Below, piece by piece: positions 46,958-56,563 of a stretch of 64,000 nt of DNA. The position numbers and the translations under genes were made by a program. Source of the DNA: Myxococcota bacterium (GTDB lineage Bacteria; Myxococcota; XYA12-FULL-58-9; JALHOP01); the NCBI GenBank assembly GCA_022842935.1, contig JALHOP010000010.1:4926-68925 (forward strand), read 5' to 3'. Within the stretch, counting starts at the first letter, position 1. Each line of letters opens with the position of its first letter. The notes beneath the pieces were generated by a model. It did no database searches. It was not told the origin of the DNA and worked only from the letters and a program-made list of their open reading frames with translations.

Positions 46958-46978
46958 GGCCCCGGGAATGTGCCCGGC

Positions 46979-47542
46979 TTACGCGCCTAGGTCGAGAGCA
47001 ACGACCGACCAGTCGTCGGTTGCGTCCCGGTAACGGTGGATCTCGACGAAGCCGACCCGCGCGTGCGCGCGCAAAGAACGTGGGTTCGCGAGAGAGATCT
47101 CGGTTACGCAGAGATCGTAACGGGTGGCGAGGAACCGGCGATGGCCAGCGTATAGGGCGTCGAAAACACCTTGGCCCCGCACTGCGTGAGCCACGCAGAC
47201 TTGTCCCATCACGTAGTAGCGATGGGCTGTCAGGGGCTGACCCGCGAATGACAAGCTCTCGAGCAGAGCGAACATTGGTTCGAGGACCGGCACATACGAC
47301 CGCGCTTCAACCGGCATGACCAGCGCATAGCCAACGACCTCTCCGTCACGCTTGGCGACGACGGACGGCGCCATGGCGTGCATGCGGGCAAGGGTCGCCC
47401 GGTCGTGCTGGACAGTGACGAACCCTTGCGAGCGGGCGGTGGCAGGGTCGACGCGACCCCGCAGGTTGAGGCCTTGGAGTCGTAGGATCCCGTCGAGGTC
47501 CGCGTCGCCATTCGACGCGGTGATGGTGACGCCGGTGCTCAT
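46979..47542 (-). CDS. GNAT-family acetyltransferase
   Basis: GFVT, MGQVCV...RGQG, NPRSLRAH..VGF. Confidence 0.85.
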   Translation of the reverse strand: MSTGVTITASNGDADLDGILRLQGLNLRGRVDPATARSQGFVTVQHDRATLARMHAMAPSVVAKRDGEVVGYALVMPVEARSYVPVLEPMFALLESLSFAGQPLTAHRYYVMGQVCVAHAVRGQGVFDALYAGHRRFLATRYDLCVTEISLANPRSLRAHARVGFVEIHRYRDATDDWSVVALDLGA

Positions 47543-47563
47543 TTGGTCGTATCGAGGAGTGGC

Positions 47564-48289
47564 ATGGCTCTGACACCACCTTACCAGATTGGTATCCTCG
47601 GCCTCGGACGTTTTGGGGCGGCCTTCGCCGAGCTTACGCGCACGCATGGTTTCCCAACCCTCACTTTCGACCCCAAGCACCCCGAGGCGAGCCCCAGCAC
47701 CTTCGCCGAGGTGGTTGCCCGTGCCGACGTGCTCATCGTCGCCGTGCCCATCGAGAACCTCGACGCGGTCCTGAGCGCGTGCGCTCCGCTATTGCGACCC
47801 GACCAACTCGTCATCGACGTCTGCAGCGTCAAGGTGGAGCCAGAAGCGCGCATGCGCGAGCGGCTTGGCAACCGTTCGCGCTGGATCGCAAGTCACCCGC
47901 TCTTTGGACCGGTAAGTCTCTCGCGCGGCGAGCCCCGCACCGTCGTGCTGTGCCCGCGCGTCGACCAGCCAGAGACCACCAACGACGCGGCCAGCTTCTT
48001 CCGCGCTCTCGGTTGTGAGCTCATCGAGGTGCCCGCAGAGGAGCACGACCGCGTCATGTCGCGCACCCACGTGCTGGCCTTCTTCGTGGCCCGCGCCCTG
48101 CAAGATATCGGCGCCGCAAGCGCACCGTTCGCACCGCCGTCCTTCAAGTCGATGGCGCATGTCGTATCGCTCGTTCGCGAAGATGCCGGCCACCTGTTTA
48201 CGGCCATCCAGACCGGTAACCCGTTCGCCAAAGAAGCACGCCGCGAGCTCATCGCGGCCCTGCAAAAGATCGACGCGGAGCTCGACTAA
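47564..48289 (+). CDS. tyrA: Prephenate/arogenate dehydrogenase
   Basis: GLGRFG, DVCSVK, HPLFGP, EEHD; GAGGAG RBS. Confidence 0.85.
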   Translation: MALTPPYQIGILGLGRFGAAFAELTRTHGFPTLTFDPKHPEASPSTFAEVVARADVLIVAVPIENLDAVLSACAPLLRPDQLVIDVCSVKVEPEARMRERLGNRSRWIASHPLFGPVSLSRGEPRTVVLCPRVDQPETTNDAASFFRALGCELIEVPAEEHDRVMSRTHVLAFFVARALQDIGAASAPFAPPSFKSMAHVVSLVREDAGHLFTAIQTGNPFAKEARRELIAALQKIDAELD

Positions 48290-48342
48290 CGCCCCCTCAG
48301 AGCACTGGGCTAAAGGCGATTCGCGGCGCCGCGGAGCATCGT

Positions 48343-49506
48343 CTAGGCGCTAGTCAACGCGCGCGTCACGTCTTCGACGAGGTCATCCGCGTCCTCGAGG
48401 CCGACCGACAAGCGCACGGTGGCGTCGGTGATGCCAACACGGAGCCGGTCCTCGGGAGTCAGGCGATGATGCGTCGTGGTCGCGGGGTGCGTCGCAAGTG
48501 ACTTACTGTCGCCGAGGTTATTCGAAATGCTGAAGAGCTCGAGCGCGTTCATGAAACGGAAGGCCGCAGCCTTGTCGCCCTTCAGATGGAGAGCAATGAT
48601 GCTGCTGCCACCCTGCATCTGACTACGCGTAAGGGCGTATTGTGGGTGCGATTCGAGGCCGACGTAGGTGACCTTGTCGACGCCCGAATGTTTCTCGAGA
48701 TGGCGCGCCAGGGTTAGAGCACTGTGGCTCTGGGCACGAACCCGCAGCTCCATGGTCTCGAGACCCTTCAAGAGCACCCACGCGTTGAACGGACTCATAG
48801 CAGGTCCGGTATGACGGACAAACGGCATCACCAACTTGGCAAACTCGAGATCGCACAGGATGGCCCCGCCGAGCACCCTGCCCTGACCATCGATATGTTT
48901 GGTCGCCGAGTAAACGACGATATCGGCGCCCAGCTCGAGTGGCTTCTGTAGAACCGGCGTTGCGAAAACGTTGTCGACGACGACGCGTGCGCCGGCGGCA
49001 TGGGCGAGCTTACAGACCTTGCGGATATCCACCACTTGCAACGTCGGATTGCTTGGTGACTCCAGGAAGACGACATTGGCTCTGCGCGACAGCGCTTCTT
49101 CCCACTGCGCGTTGTCGGTACCGTCGACCAACGTGCACTCGATACCGAAGCGCACGCAGATGTCGCTGACAACGATCAGACATGAGCCAAAGAGCGCGCG
49201 TGGCGCGACGATCCGGTCGCCGGCTCTGAGCTGACACATGAGGCTAGCGAAGACCGCGGCCATGCCGCTCGCAGTCGCGAAGCATTTCTCGGCGCCCTCG
49301 TAAGCCGCCATGCGCTCCTCGAACATCGCGGTCGTCGGATTGCCGAAGCGAGAATAGATGAAGCGGCTGCCATCGTTCTTGAAGGCGGCCTCGCACTGCT
49401 CGGCGGTGTCGTACACATAGCCAGAGGTGAGATAGAGCGCTTCGCTTGTCTCGTCGAAGGCCGACCGTTTGGTGCCCGCATGAATGAGTTGAGTGCGAGG
49501 TTTCAT
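48343..49506 (-). CDS. metZ: O-succinyl/acyl-homoserine sulfhydrylase
   Basis: ETSEALYLTS, YSRFGNPT, DNVFATP, SATKHIDGQGR (PLP Lys), NNLGD. Confidence 0.93.
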   Translation of the reverse strand: MKPRTQLIHAGTKRSAFDETSEALYLTSGYVYDTAEQCEAAFKNDGSRFIYSRFGNPTTAMFEERMAAYEGAEKCFATASGMAAVFASLMCQLRAGDRIVAPRALFGSCLIVVSDICVRFGIECTLVDGTDNAQWEEALSRRANVVFLESPSNPTLQVVDIRKVCKLAHAAGARVVVDNVFATPVLQKPLELGADIVVYSATKHIDGQGRVLGGAILCDLEFAKLVMPFVRHTGPAMSPFNAWVLLKGLETMELRVRAQSHSALTLARHLEKHSGVDKVTYVGLESHPQYALTRSQMQGGSSIIALHLKGDKAAAFRFMNALELFSISNNLGDSKSLATHPATTTHHRLTPEDRLRVGITDATVRLSVGLEDADDLVEDVTRALTSA

Positions 49507-51846
49507 CTACTGCGTCACACCGAGGACGAGGGTTTGCTTGACGCGGCCTAACTTGCTGATTGCGGCAACCGCGTCTTCGATGACGGATTTTGGCGCCAAT
49601 GATAACACGAACCCGTAGTGCGTCACGTCTGACTCGGCTCGGCGGGCCTGCTTCAAAACGTCGACGCCGTGACGACGCATCAAGCTCTCGACACGGCGGG
49701 TTAGGCCGTCGTGCTCATCTGCGGTAACGCGCACGTAGTAGCTCCTTGGCTTGGCGTCGCTACGAAGTGTCGTCTTGCGCGGCTCCGGCCAGCGCACCGA
49801 GTTTCCCTGAGCCAGCTCGATGAGGTCAGCGAGTACGGCGCTAGCGGTCGGCAGCGACCCCGCACCCATGCCGAAGAGCGACAGGTCCCCCGAGCACGCC
49901 TGCTTAAGGTAAATGGCGTTGTACTCTTCTTCGACGGAAGCGAGCAGGTGCCAAGCGGGTAGCAACATGGGTTCCACACCGAGCGAGAGACCATCCATGT
50001 CTCGACTCGCATGCGCGAGGGAGCGGACACGGTAGCCCATGCTCTCGGCGAGGTCACAATCGGCGGCCGTGAGTTCACGGATGCCGCGTACTGCGAACTG
50101 ACCCGGAAGAGCCCAGGCACCGAACGCTCGGTATGCAAGGATGGACAGCTTGGCCGCCGCATCGTGACCGTCCACATCAGCGGACGGGTCAGCCTCGGCG
50201 AAACCCTTGGCTTGAGCCTCTCTCACCGCATCGTCGAAGGGTAGCTCGTCTTGCTCGAGCCTGGTGATGATGTAGTTGCAGGTGCCGTTGACGATCCCGA
50301 GCAAGCTGTCGACCTCGTCGGAGCGGTGCGAGAGATGACGGATGATGGGGATGGCGGCTGCGACCGCAGCTTCGCAGTAAAGGGGGGTCGCGGTACGCGC
50401 AGCGAGCATGGCGAGTCCGTCGAGCTTCGCCGCGAGCAATGCCTTGTTGGCGGTGACCACGGGCTTGCCAGCGGCGAGAGCGGCACGCAGTACCGGCTCG
50501 ACGCCCATGCCACCAGCAACCTCGACGACCACGTCGACATCTGGGGCCGCGACGAGAGCCAGCGCATCGGTGCCTATCGGTTTGGCGGCCGCAAGCGCCC
50601 CGCGCGGCTTCGAAGCATCACGGACAGCGATACGCGTAATCTCGAGACGTACGCCATAGCGAACAATGAGTTCCTGGCGCTGGCGCTCGATCATCTCGAG
50701 AAGACCCGACCCAACGACGCCACAGCCCACGAGACCAACACGCAGCTCACGTACAGGCTCGACCCCGACACCAACGAAGCGCTCACCAGAGGCGATGAGG
50801 GCGGGTGCCTTCCGGAAGAAGCCACTATCGCGCAGCAAGCGCGCGAGCTTGTCTTGGTCGGCGAGGAAGGCGTCGTGGCCGAACTCGGATTCGAGCTTCC
50901 ATAGGTGGGAGGTCGCGCCGAGCGCTTGCAAGGTCCGGTGTAACTCGACCTGCAAGGCGTAGGGGAAAAGCATGTCGCCCGGCACACCGATGACGAGTAC
51001 TTCAGCGGTGACGCGCTCGAGCGCCGCACGAACGGCCGCGTCGTCGGGGCCAAAGTTTGCGCGGTCGATGGCCTCGGAGAGGAGCAAGAAGGTACGCACC
51101 GGAAAGCGGTCTGCAAATCTCTTTCCGTGATGGTCGAGATACTCAGCGACCGGCGGTCGGTCGAGATCGCCGAGGAGCTTACCGAAACGCGTATCGAGCT
51201 CATCGCGGCCGCGATACGTCAGCATGCCGAGCTGCCGCGCGCGCGCCATCCCGGTAGCAACGTCGTTGCGGGCAATGCCATCGCGAATCAGCTCGCGCTG
51301 CAAGTGGCGCGTCGCCGTACCCCAGCCGTCAGGCCGCAGACCAGCGGAGATGGTGACGAGGCGCGCGCAGCGCTCGGGGTAGCGGGAGGCGAAGGCAATC
51401 CCAACCATGCCGCCAAGGCTCGCGCCGATGTACGTGACGGCCTCACGCGCGCCGATACCATCGAGCCAGGCAGCGAGGAGGTCCGACAGTCCCAAGGCCG
51501 ACAGCGGCTTTTGCGCCCCGTCATCATCAAAGCCTGTCCAGCTCGAGCCATTGCCGGGCCAGCAGAACGTGAGCACGGTCTCGCGCGTCGGATCGACAAG
51601 GTCAGGCGATGCGAGCGCCGGCCACCACGCCTCTGCCTCGGCGCCATTGCCAAACGGGAATGGCGAGGCAGTGATGCCGCCGACCACGACGACCACCGGG
51701 GCGGTCCCGAGCTCGGGCCCGAGCATGAACCCAGCAAGCTCGACATCGCGCAAAGCGCGACCCTCGACGACACAAGCGTCTTTTCTTACGACCGCGCGAC
51801 GCGGGAGCGCGCCGGTCCGGGCTTCGAGCTCACACACCGACCCCAT
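49507..51846 (-). CDS. Fusion of homoserine O-acyltransferase (MetX) with homoserine dehydrogenase and an ACT-like domain
   Basis: N-half: GGIT, GASLGGM, DMLFP, FGHDAFL. C-half: GCGVVG, TANKA, NGTCNYI, EADPSADVDGHDAAAK. Single continuous 779-aa ORF. Confidence 0.9.
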   Translation of the reverse strand: MGSVCELEARTGALPRRAVVRKDACVVEGRALRDVELAGFMLGPELGTAPVVVVVGGITASPFPFGNGAEAEAWWPALASPDLVDPTRETVLTFCWPGNGSSWTGFDDDGAQKPLSALGLSDLLAAWLDGIGAREAVTYIGASLGGMVGIAFASRYPERCARLVTISAGLRPDGWGTATRHLQRELIRDGIARNDVATGMARARQLGMLTYRGRDELDTRFGKLLGDLDRPPVAEYLDHHGKRFADRFPVRTFLLLSEAIDRANFGPDDAAVRAALERVTAEVLVIGVPGDMLFPYALQVELHRTLQALGATSHLWKLESEFGHDAFLADQDKLARLLRDSGFFRKAPALIASGERFVGVGVEPVRELRVGLVGCGVVGSGLLEMIERQRQELIVRYGVRLEITRIAVRDASKPRGALAAAKPIGTDALALVAAPDVDVVVEVAGGMGVEPVLRAALAAGKPVVTANKALLAAKLDGLAMLAARTATPLYCEAAVAAAIPIIRHLSHRSDEVDSLLGIVNGTCNYIITRLEQDELPFDDAVREAQAKGFAEADPSADVDGHDAAAKLSILAYRAFGAWALPGQFAVRGIRELTAADCDLAESMGYRVRSLAHASRDMDGLSLGVEPMLLPAWHLLASVEEEYNAIYLKQACSGDLSLFGMGAGSLPTASAVLADLIELAQGNSVRWPEPRKTTLRSDAKPRSYYVRVTADEHDGLTRRVESLMRRHGVDVLKQARRAESDVTHYGFVLSLAPKSVIEDAVAAISKLGRVKQTLVLGVTQ

Positions 51847-52106
51847 GACCGATCCTCGGTTGTCCTGGACGAGTATCGGCGTTCACGGCTGGGAGTTGCG
51901 ACTCATACGCATCTGCTTGGAATTGCTCGAGATGGGCCCGAATTTGCGAATCTGACCCTGCTGACCCAAGCCGAATGGCGCTTGACTCGAGCCCGCTTGC
52001 GACGTCGTTTTAGGCAAGTGACCGTGTCGGGGCAGAGCCTCCTCGAGCTTTTGCGACGCGAGGTGCAGATGGGCAACGGCGCCCCGCTGCGGTGTGGAGG
52101 CTTTCC

Positions 52107-53165
52107 TTGATCGGTCTGAACAAGACGCGCTCGTCCGCGCTCACGAAACTGCTGGCGCTCACCAGTCGGGGCATCGTCACCGGCGGCGACGCCGAGGAGT
52201 TGCTCTCGCTTCTGTTTGCGACCTTTGCAGCGAGCGGCGGTGCCTTCACCCAGAGCTTCGGCTACCGCGACTTCATGCTCGGCGTCGACGTGCGCCGCGA
52301 GTGGATTGAGGCTTACCATCGACTGCGACACCTCGATCCGTTCACCGAGCCTCTAGGCAGGTTGCCGCCGGGTGAGGTCTTCTTCACGGTTGGCGACACG
52401 AACGAGGAGCACAAGCGCCTCGAGCTCTGGCACAGCTTTCGCGCCCACGGCTACCGCGACGCCATGCAGGCGCGTCTGTACAACCCGCTGGTCGCCGACC
52501 TCTTCATGATCCTGTACCGGCAAGACGGCGAGCGTCCGTTTTCGCCGAACGACCGCGTGCTCTTCCAGCTCATCTACCCGCATCTCGCGGGAGCCCTCGC
52601 CGCAAGGCGCGCGCTCGCGGCCCTCGACGCCCCAGCAAACGAACGTATCGAGAGCGTCCTTGCCAAGGTCTCCGGCCACGCGTGGGTGTCGCTGCCCTCG
52701 GGCGAGGTCGCTTGGTCGGAAGAGGCGCGTCGCGTGTGGCAGGCGCGCTTGGGTATCGGCGCGCGCGACTGGCACAAAGCCAACGAGGTACTGCTCGCTT
52801 CTGCCCGGCGCTTCAACACCGCCCTCATCGGCGGCCGCTCGCAAGTTGTCTTTCCGGGCGTGCGCGTCGAATGGGCGAGCGTGCCGGCGCAACCGCACGA
52901 GCAGCGGCGCTTGCTTGCGCTCATGCTCGAGGAAGGCTTCGATCCCGCTGCAGACACGACTCCCGCTGAGGCCCTGCTCTCGCCGCGTCAACGAGAGGTC
53001 GCCCGCTTGGCCGCTGCCGGCAGCTCGGCGTCCGCCATTGCAGACAAGCTAAAAATCAAGCCGACGACCGTGCGCGGCTATCTTCGCGAAGTCTATGAGC
53101 GCTTGGGCATCACGAGCCGGGCACAGCTCGCCTCGGCGCTGTCGCAACGGTCCGCCGCCACCTAA
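52107..53165 (+). CDS. LuxR-family HTH regulator with N-terminal GAF-like sensor
   Basis: GGAGG then TTG start; C-terminal LSPRQREVARL...IADKL..TVRGYL..YERLGITSRAQL. Confidence 0.85.
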   Translation: MIGLNKTRSSALTKLLALTSRGIVTGGDAEELLSLLFATFAASGGAFTQSFGYRDFMLGVDVRREWIEAYHRLRHLDPFTEPLGRLPPGEVFFTVGDTNEEHKRLELWHSFRAHGYRDAMQARLYNPLVADLFMILYRQDGERPFSPNDRVLFQLIYPHLAGALAARRALAALDAPANERIESVLAKVSGHAWVSLPSGEVAWSEEARRVWQARLGIGARDWHKANEVLLASARRFNTALIGGRSQVVFPGVRVEWASVPAQPHEQRRLLALMLEEGFDPAADTTPAEALLSPRQREVARLAAAGSSASAIADKLKIKPTTVRGYLREVYERLGITSRAQLASALSQRSAAT

Positions 53166-53364
53166 CGGTGACCGTATCAACGTCGGTGACCGCGCGAGAG
53201 ATCGCGGTCACCAAGGATAGCGGCGCGGATGTCGTCCTCAACGCGACCGCCGAGGTCCTACTGCTGGACGTCAGCTTCACGGTCGCACCGGCCTGCCCCT
53301 GCGACATCGGCGAGCCGGTTGCTGCTGGCGCTCGTCGCAAGCTTGCGCTACACGTGGCGACGTC

Positions 53365-53438
53365 GCGGCCTTAGCTCAGCTGGATAGAGCATCGGACTTC
53401 GAATCCGAGGGTCGGGGGTTCAAATCCCTCAGGCCGCG
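53365..53438 (+). tRNA. tRNA-Arg, anticodon UCG; CCA not fully encoded
   Basis: Acceptor GCGGCCT/AGGCCGC, D arm GCTC/GAGC, anticodon arm TCGGA-CTTCGAA-TCCGA, T loop TTCAAAT. Confidence 0.95.
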
Positions 53439-53700
53439 CCTGCTTGCTACATTGGGTCTTCTCACTTCGCGGCCCGCCCTCCTAACGTCAAAACCTCTCG
53501 CGCGTCTCCGAGCGAGCTGGCGCAAATACGGGGGTACCCCAGTGCCTTGAGAACCCTCGCGGCGGGCGATGTTCGCGAAGTCGTGTGCGGTCAGATTCGC
53601 CATCGACAGTGCGACCATGTCAGGGCAATCGCTGAAGCCCCAGTTTGACGGTTCCTCGATGATTGCGGCAGCCTCCACCTCAAAGCTTGTGGAGATAGGC

Positions 53701-54492
53701 GTGACCGAAGAACACCTGGGGAGCGTTGCTTGTCCGTCTGGCTCTCTCGTCGTCGTCGACTTTGGTTTGATGGGCGGGTGGTCGAGGAAGGTCGCGACGT
53801 CGGTCACCAAGCTTCTCGCTCGCGGCGGCGGGACGAGCTCCGCGCTCGACGACGGCAATCTCATCGCCCTTCCAGGCTTGCCGCGTGAGCCGCTCGAGGT
53901 CGTCGGCGTGCGAATCGGAAATGGCCGCTGGGCGAACCTCTGGCGGCACGTCGAGCTCAAGCTCGGCTCGACTCCGGTGGCCAAAGTCGAAGAGCTCGGC
54001 GAAGTTTATGTCGAGCGCGCCCGGCTGATGTTCGCTGATCCCAGCGTTCTCGACGCATGGCAGCACGAAGACACGCTCGACGGCTTGGCCGATATAGCTT
54101 TCTGGGGACGCGACAAGGAGCTGGTCGCAAAGGCAAGCGGAGCGACCCGCCTTGACGACGGCGAGTGGGGTTTCGCCGACCTGCCCCTCGACGCGGCCAA
54201 AGCAAAGTACGCTGAGCTCGAGGAGCTCGTCGCTCGCAACGATTGGTTCGTGCGCGCAGAACCGCGGGAGCATGACCACCACTACCTGCTCCTGAAAGCC
54301 GCGAAAGCATCCCCCCTGGCAGTTGGTGAGCTCGAGCTACGTGGAGCGCGCCTCCTCGGGCTGTTGCTCCCCCACGGCGACGGGGCGTTTCCGGTACAAC
54401 GATGCCGCGATGCGCATGGCGCACTGGTTGGTGTGCGCGTCGTGCTCGGAACCGATGATGCGCTCGCGACACTTGATGCCGTGAACGACTGA
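53701..54492 (+). CDS. Hypothetical protein
   Basis: GGAG RBS then GTG; LGSVACPSGSLVVVD start and GDGAFPV end are reminiscent of DUF4241-like proteins. Confidence 0.65.
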   Translation: MTEEHLGSVACPSGSLVVVDFGLMGGWSRKVATSVTKLLARGGGTSSALDDGNLIALPGLPREPLEVVGVRIGNGRWANLWRHVELKLGSTPVAKVEELGEVYVERARLMFADPSVLDAWQHEDTLDGLADIAFWGRDKELVAKASGATRLDDGEWGFADLPLDAAKAKYAELEELVARNDWFVRAEPREHDHHYLLLKAAKASPLAVGELELRGARLLGLLLPHGDGAFPVQRCRDAHGALVGVRVVLGTDDALATLDAVND

Positions 54493-54702
54493 ACACGGTG
54501 AGCCGGGTCTTCAACGCGTGCGAGGCTTCGCAACGGGAAATCCGGGCCATCGAATCCCAGCGTCGGTGCGCGCTGCGGCTACCAACAGCGAGCGGCCGTC
54601 TTGCACGTCGCCCCGCGTGACTCGCAGCCCCTGCCCTGCTAACGTTCTGCACCGTCGGTGCGGCGCAGCCCCAATGTCTCTTCATGCCGCGCCTCTTTCC
54701 CG

Positions 54703-55713
54703 ATGGCCGCCATGCTGCACGAAAACCTGATCATCCTGGTCGGCGCGCCCCGCAGCGGTACCACCATGCTGCAGCGGGTGCTGGGTTCACACACGCGGGT
54801 CTTTACCCATCCCGAGCCACACCTTTTGACGCCGCTTGCGTATCTGGGGTTCTACGACATCGTCGAGAAAGCGCAATACGACCACGTCAACGGCGCGCAG
54901 GCGCTTCGCGAGCTCGTCGACGAGCTGCCGCGGAAAGAAGAGGACTATCTCGAGGCCCTGCGTGCCTACCCGGCAACGCTGTACGCGCGTCTTCTTGAGC
55001 GGACTGGCAAGACCCATTTCTTGGACAAGACTCCGGGGTACGCTCTGGTGCTGCCTTTCATCACCAGGCTCTTCCCTCGTGCGAAGTACGTGGTGCTCAC
55101 ACGCAACCCGCTCGCCATCTGGCATTCGCAGGCGCACTCGTTCTTCGACGGCGACTACGCGGCCGCACAGGCACAAAACCCGGTGGTCGAACCGTACGTT
55201 GCGGGGATCGGTAAGTTCCTGGTCGACGCGCCTGTTCCCTACGTGCATGTCCGCTACGACGATCTAGTCGCCGACCCCGAGCCGCACGCGAAGCGCATCT
55301 TCGAGCACTTGGGGCTACCGCACGAGCCGGGCGCAATCGACTACGGCGAACACGCCCACATCACCAAGAGCTTCGGCGACCCGATGTCGGTCGAGAAGCA
55401 CAAACGGCCGGTCGCGAGCTCTGTCGACACCTGGGCCGCCGACATACGAGCGCGCCCCGACGTCCTCGATCTCGCCCGCGACGTGGTCGATCGCTTGGAC
55501 CCAGCCCACCTCGAGGCCTGGGGCTATCCCAAAGACCAGATCTTCGCGGCACTCGAGGGCACGAGCGCCAAGACAACCAAACGCAACGCGCTCAACGGCT
55601 ACCGGTTCAAGCGCAAGGTGCTGCTCTCACTGCGCAAGAACATCCAGCACAATCAGTTGGGAGCGGCCGTAAAGAAGGTACGCTACTACTGTGATGTGCT
55701 CTTGCGCAGCTAG
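54703..55713 (+). CDS. Sulfotransferase
   Basis: GAPRSGTT (5'-PAPS loop), DKTP, RNP..S, VRYDDLV. Confidence 0.9.
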   Translation: MAAMLHENLIILVGAPRSGTTMLQRVLGSHTRVFTHPEPHLLTPLAYLGFYDIVEKAQYDHVNGAQALRELVDELPRKEEDYLEALRAYPATLYARLLERTGKTHFLDKTPGYALVLPFITRLFPRAKYVVLTRNPLAIWHSQAHSFFDGDYAAAQAQNPVVEPYVAGIGKFLVDAPVPYVHVRYDDLVADPEPHAKRIFEHLGLPHEPGAIDYGEHAHITKSFGDPMSVEKHKRPVASSVDTWAADIRARPDVLDLARDVVDRLDPAHLEAWGYPKDQIFAALEGTSAKTTKRNALNGYRFKRKVLLSLRKNIQHNQLGAAVKKVRYYCDVLLRS

Positions 55714-56506
55714 TTTCCTCGCCACAGCCATCCTCGCTGCTCCGCTTTGGCAAACAGTGCAGCGGGGTGGAGACAGCATCGAGAAACGCTTCGAGCCGCC
55801 CAAGGGCTTTGCCAGGGCGGCGCTTTCGCCCGAGGCGCTGGGGTCCTTCCTACGCGGGCTGCCGCTCTTCGACGGCAATCCAGACATCCTGCTGCACGAC
55901 GGCGGCGTGAAGCGCTATCAGCGCGGACACCTGGCGGTTGTCGATATCGACGTCGGTCCACACGACCTGCAGCAGTGCGCCGATGCAGTGATGCGCTTGC
56001 TCGCCGAATACCGCTACGCACGCAAGCTGCCGGTTTGCTTCACGGCGACCAGCGGCGATGCGATGCCATGGGAGCGCTATGCGCGCGGGGAGCGACCGAG
56101 CGTGTCAGGTAACCGACTCGGCTGGTCGACCCGCGCCGGGCCAGACGCCGGACACGAAGCCTTCCGCGCCTACCTCGACGCCGTTTTCACCTGGGCGGGC
56201 ACCCTGTCTTTGCACCGCGACCTCACCCCGGTCGCCGATAGCGCCCCCATAGAGCCTGGTGACGTGTTCATCGTCGGCGGCTCCCCCGGCCACGCGGTCC
56301 TGGTCGCCGATGTCGTAGCGAACCCTCAGGGCGAGCAGCGTTTTTTGCTCGTGCAGAGCTACATGCCGGCGCAGCAGATTCACGTTTTGCGTGGCTCTGA
56401 GGGGCCCTGGTTCAGTCCCCCTGAGCGCGGTAGGGACCTGCCGACACCCGAATGGACCTTCCCAGCAGGCAGCCGCCGGCGCTACACACGCGAGCCGTGT
56501 CGCTAG
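55694..56506 (+). CDS. DUF4846 family secreted protein
   Basis: DLQQCADAVMRL.AEY, AGTLSL, GGSPGHAVLV, QSYMPAQ. Confidence 0.85.
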   Translation: MCSCAASFLATAILAAPLWQTVQRGGDSIEKRFEPPKGFARAALSPEALGSFLRGLPLFDGNPDILLHDGGVKRYQRGHLAVVDIDVGPHDLQQCADAVMRLLAEYRYARKLPVCFTATSGDAMPWERYARGERPSVSGNRLGWSTRAGPDAGHEAFRAYLDAVFTWAGTLSLHRDLTPVADSAPIEPGDVFIVGGSPGHAVLVADVVANPQGEQRFLLVQSYMPAQQIHVLRGSEGPWFSPPERGRDLPTPEWTFPAGSRRRYTREPCR

Positions 56507-56563
56507 TTTGCGTTCGACGGACGCAGACTAGCTTCCAAGCCTCGTGTTTTCGGGGGATTTGCC

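Noticed and set aside
51847-52090. Canonical SAM riboswitch upstream of the met operon
   Set aside because: No SAM-I (ATC..GAT/GCAACC core) or SAM-II consensus was recognised by eye; a covariance search would be needed.
53168-53374. 68-aa ORF before the tRNA
   Set aside because: No RBS or motif, and it runs into the tRNA; at most a gene relic.
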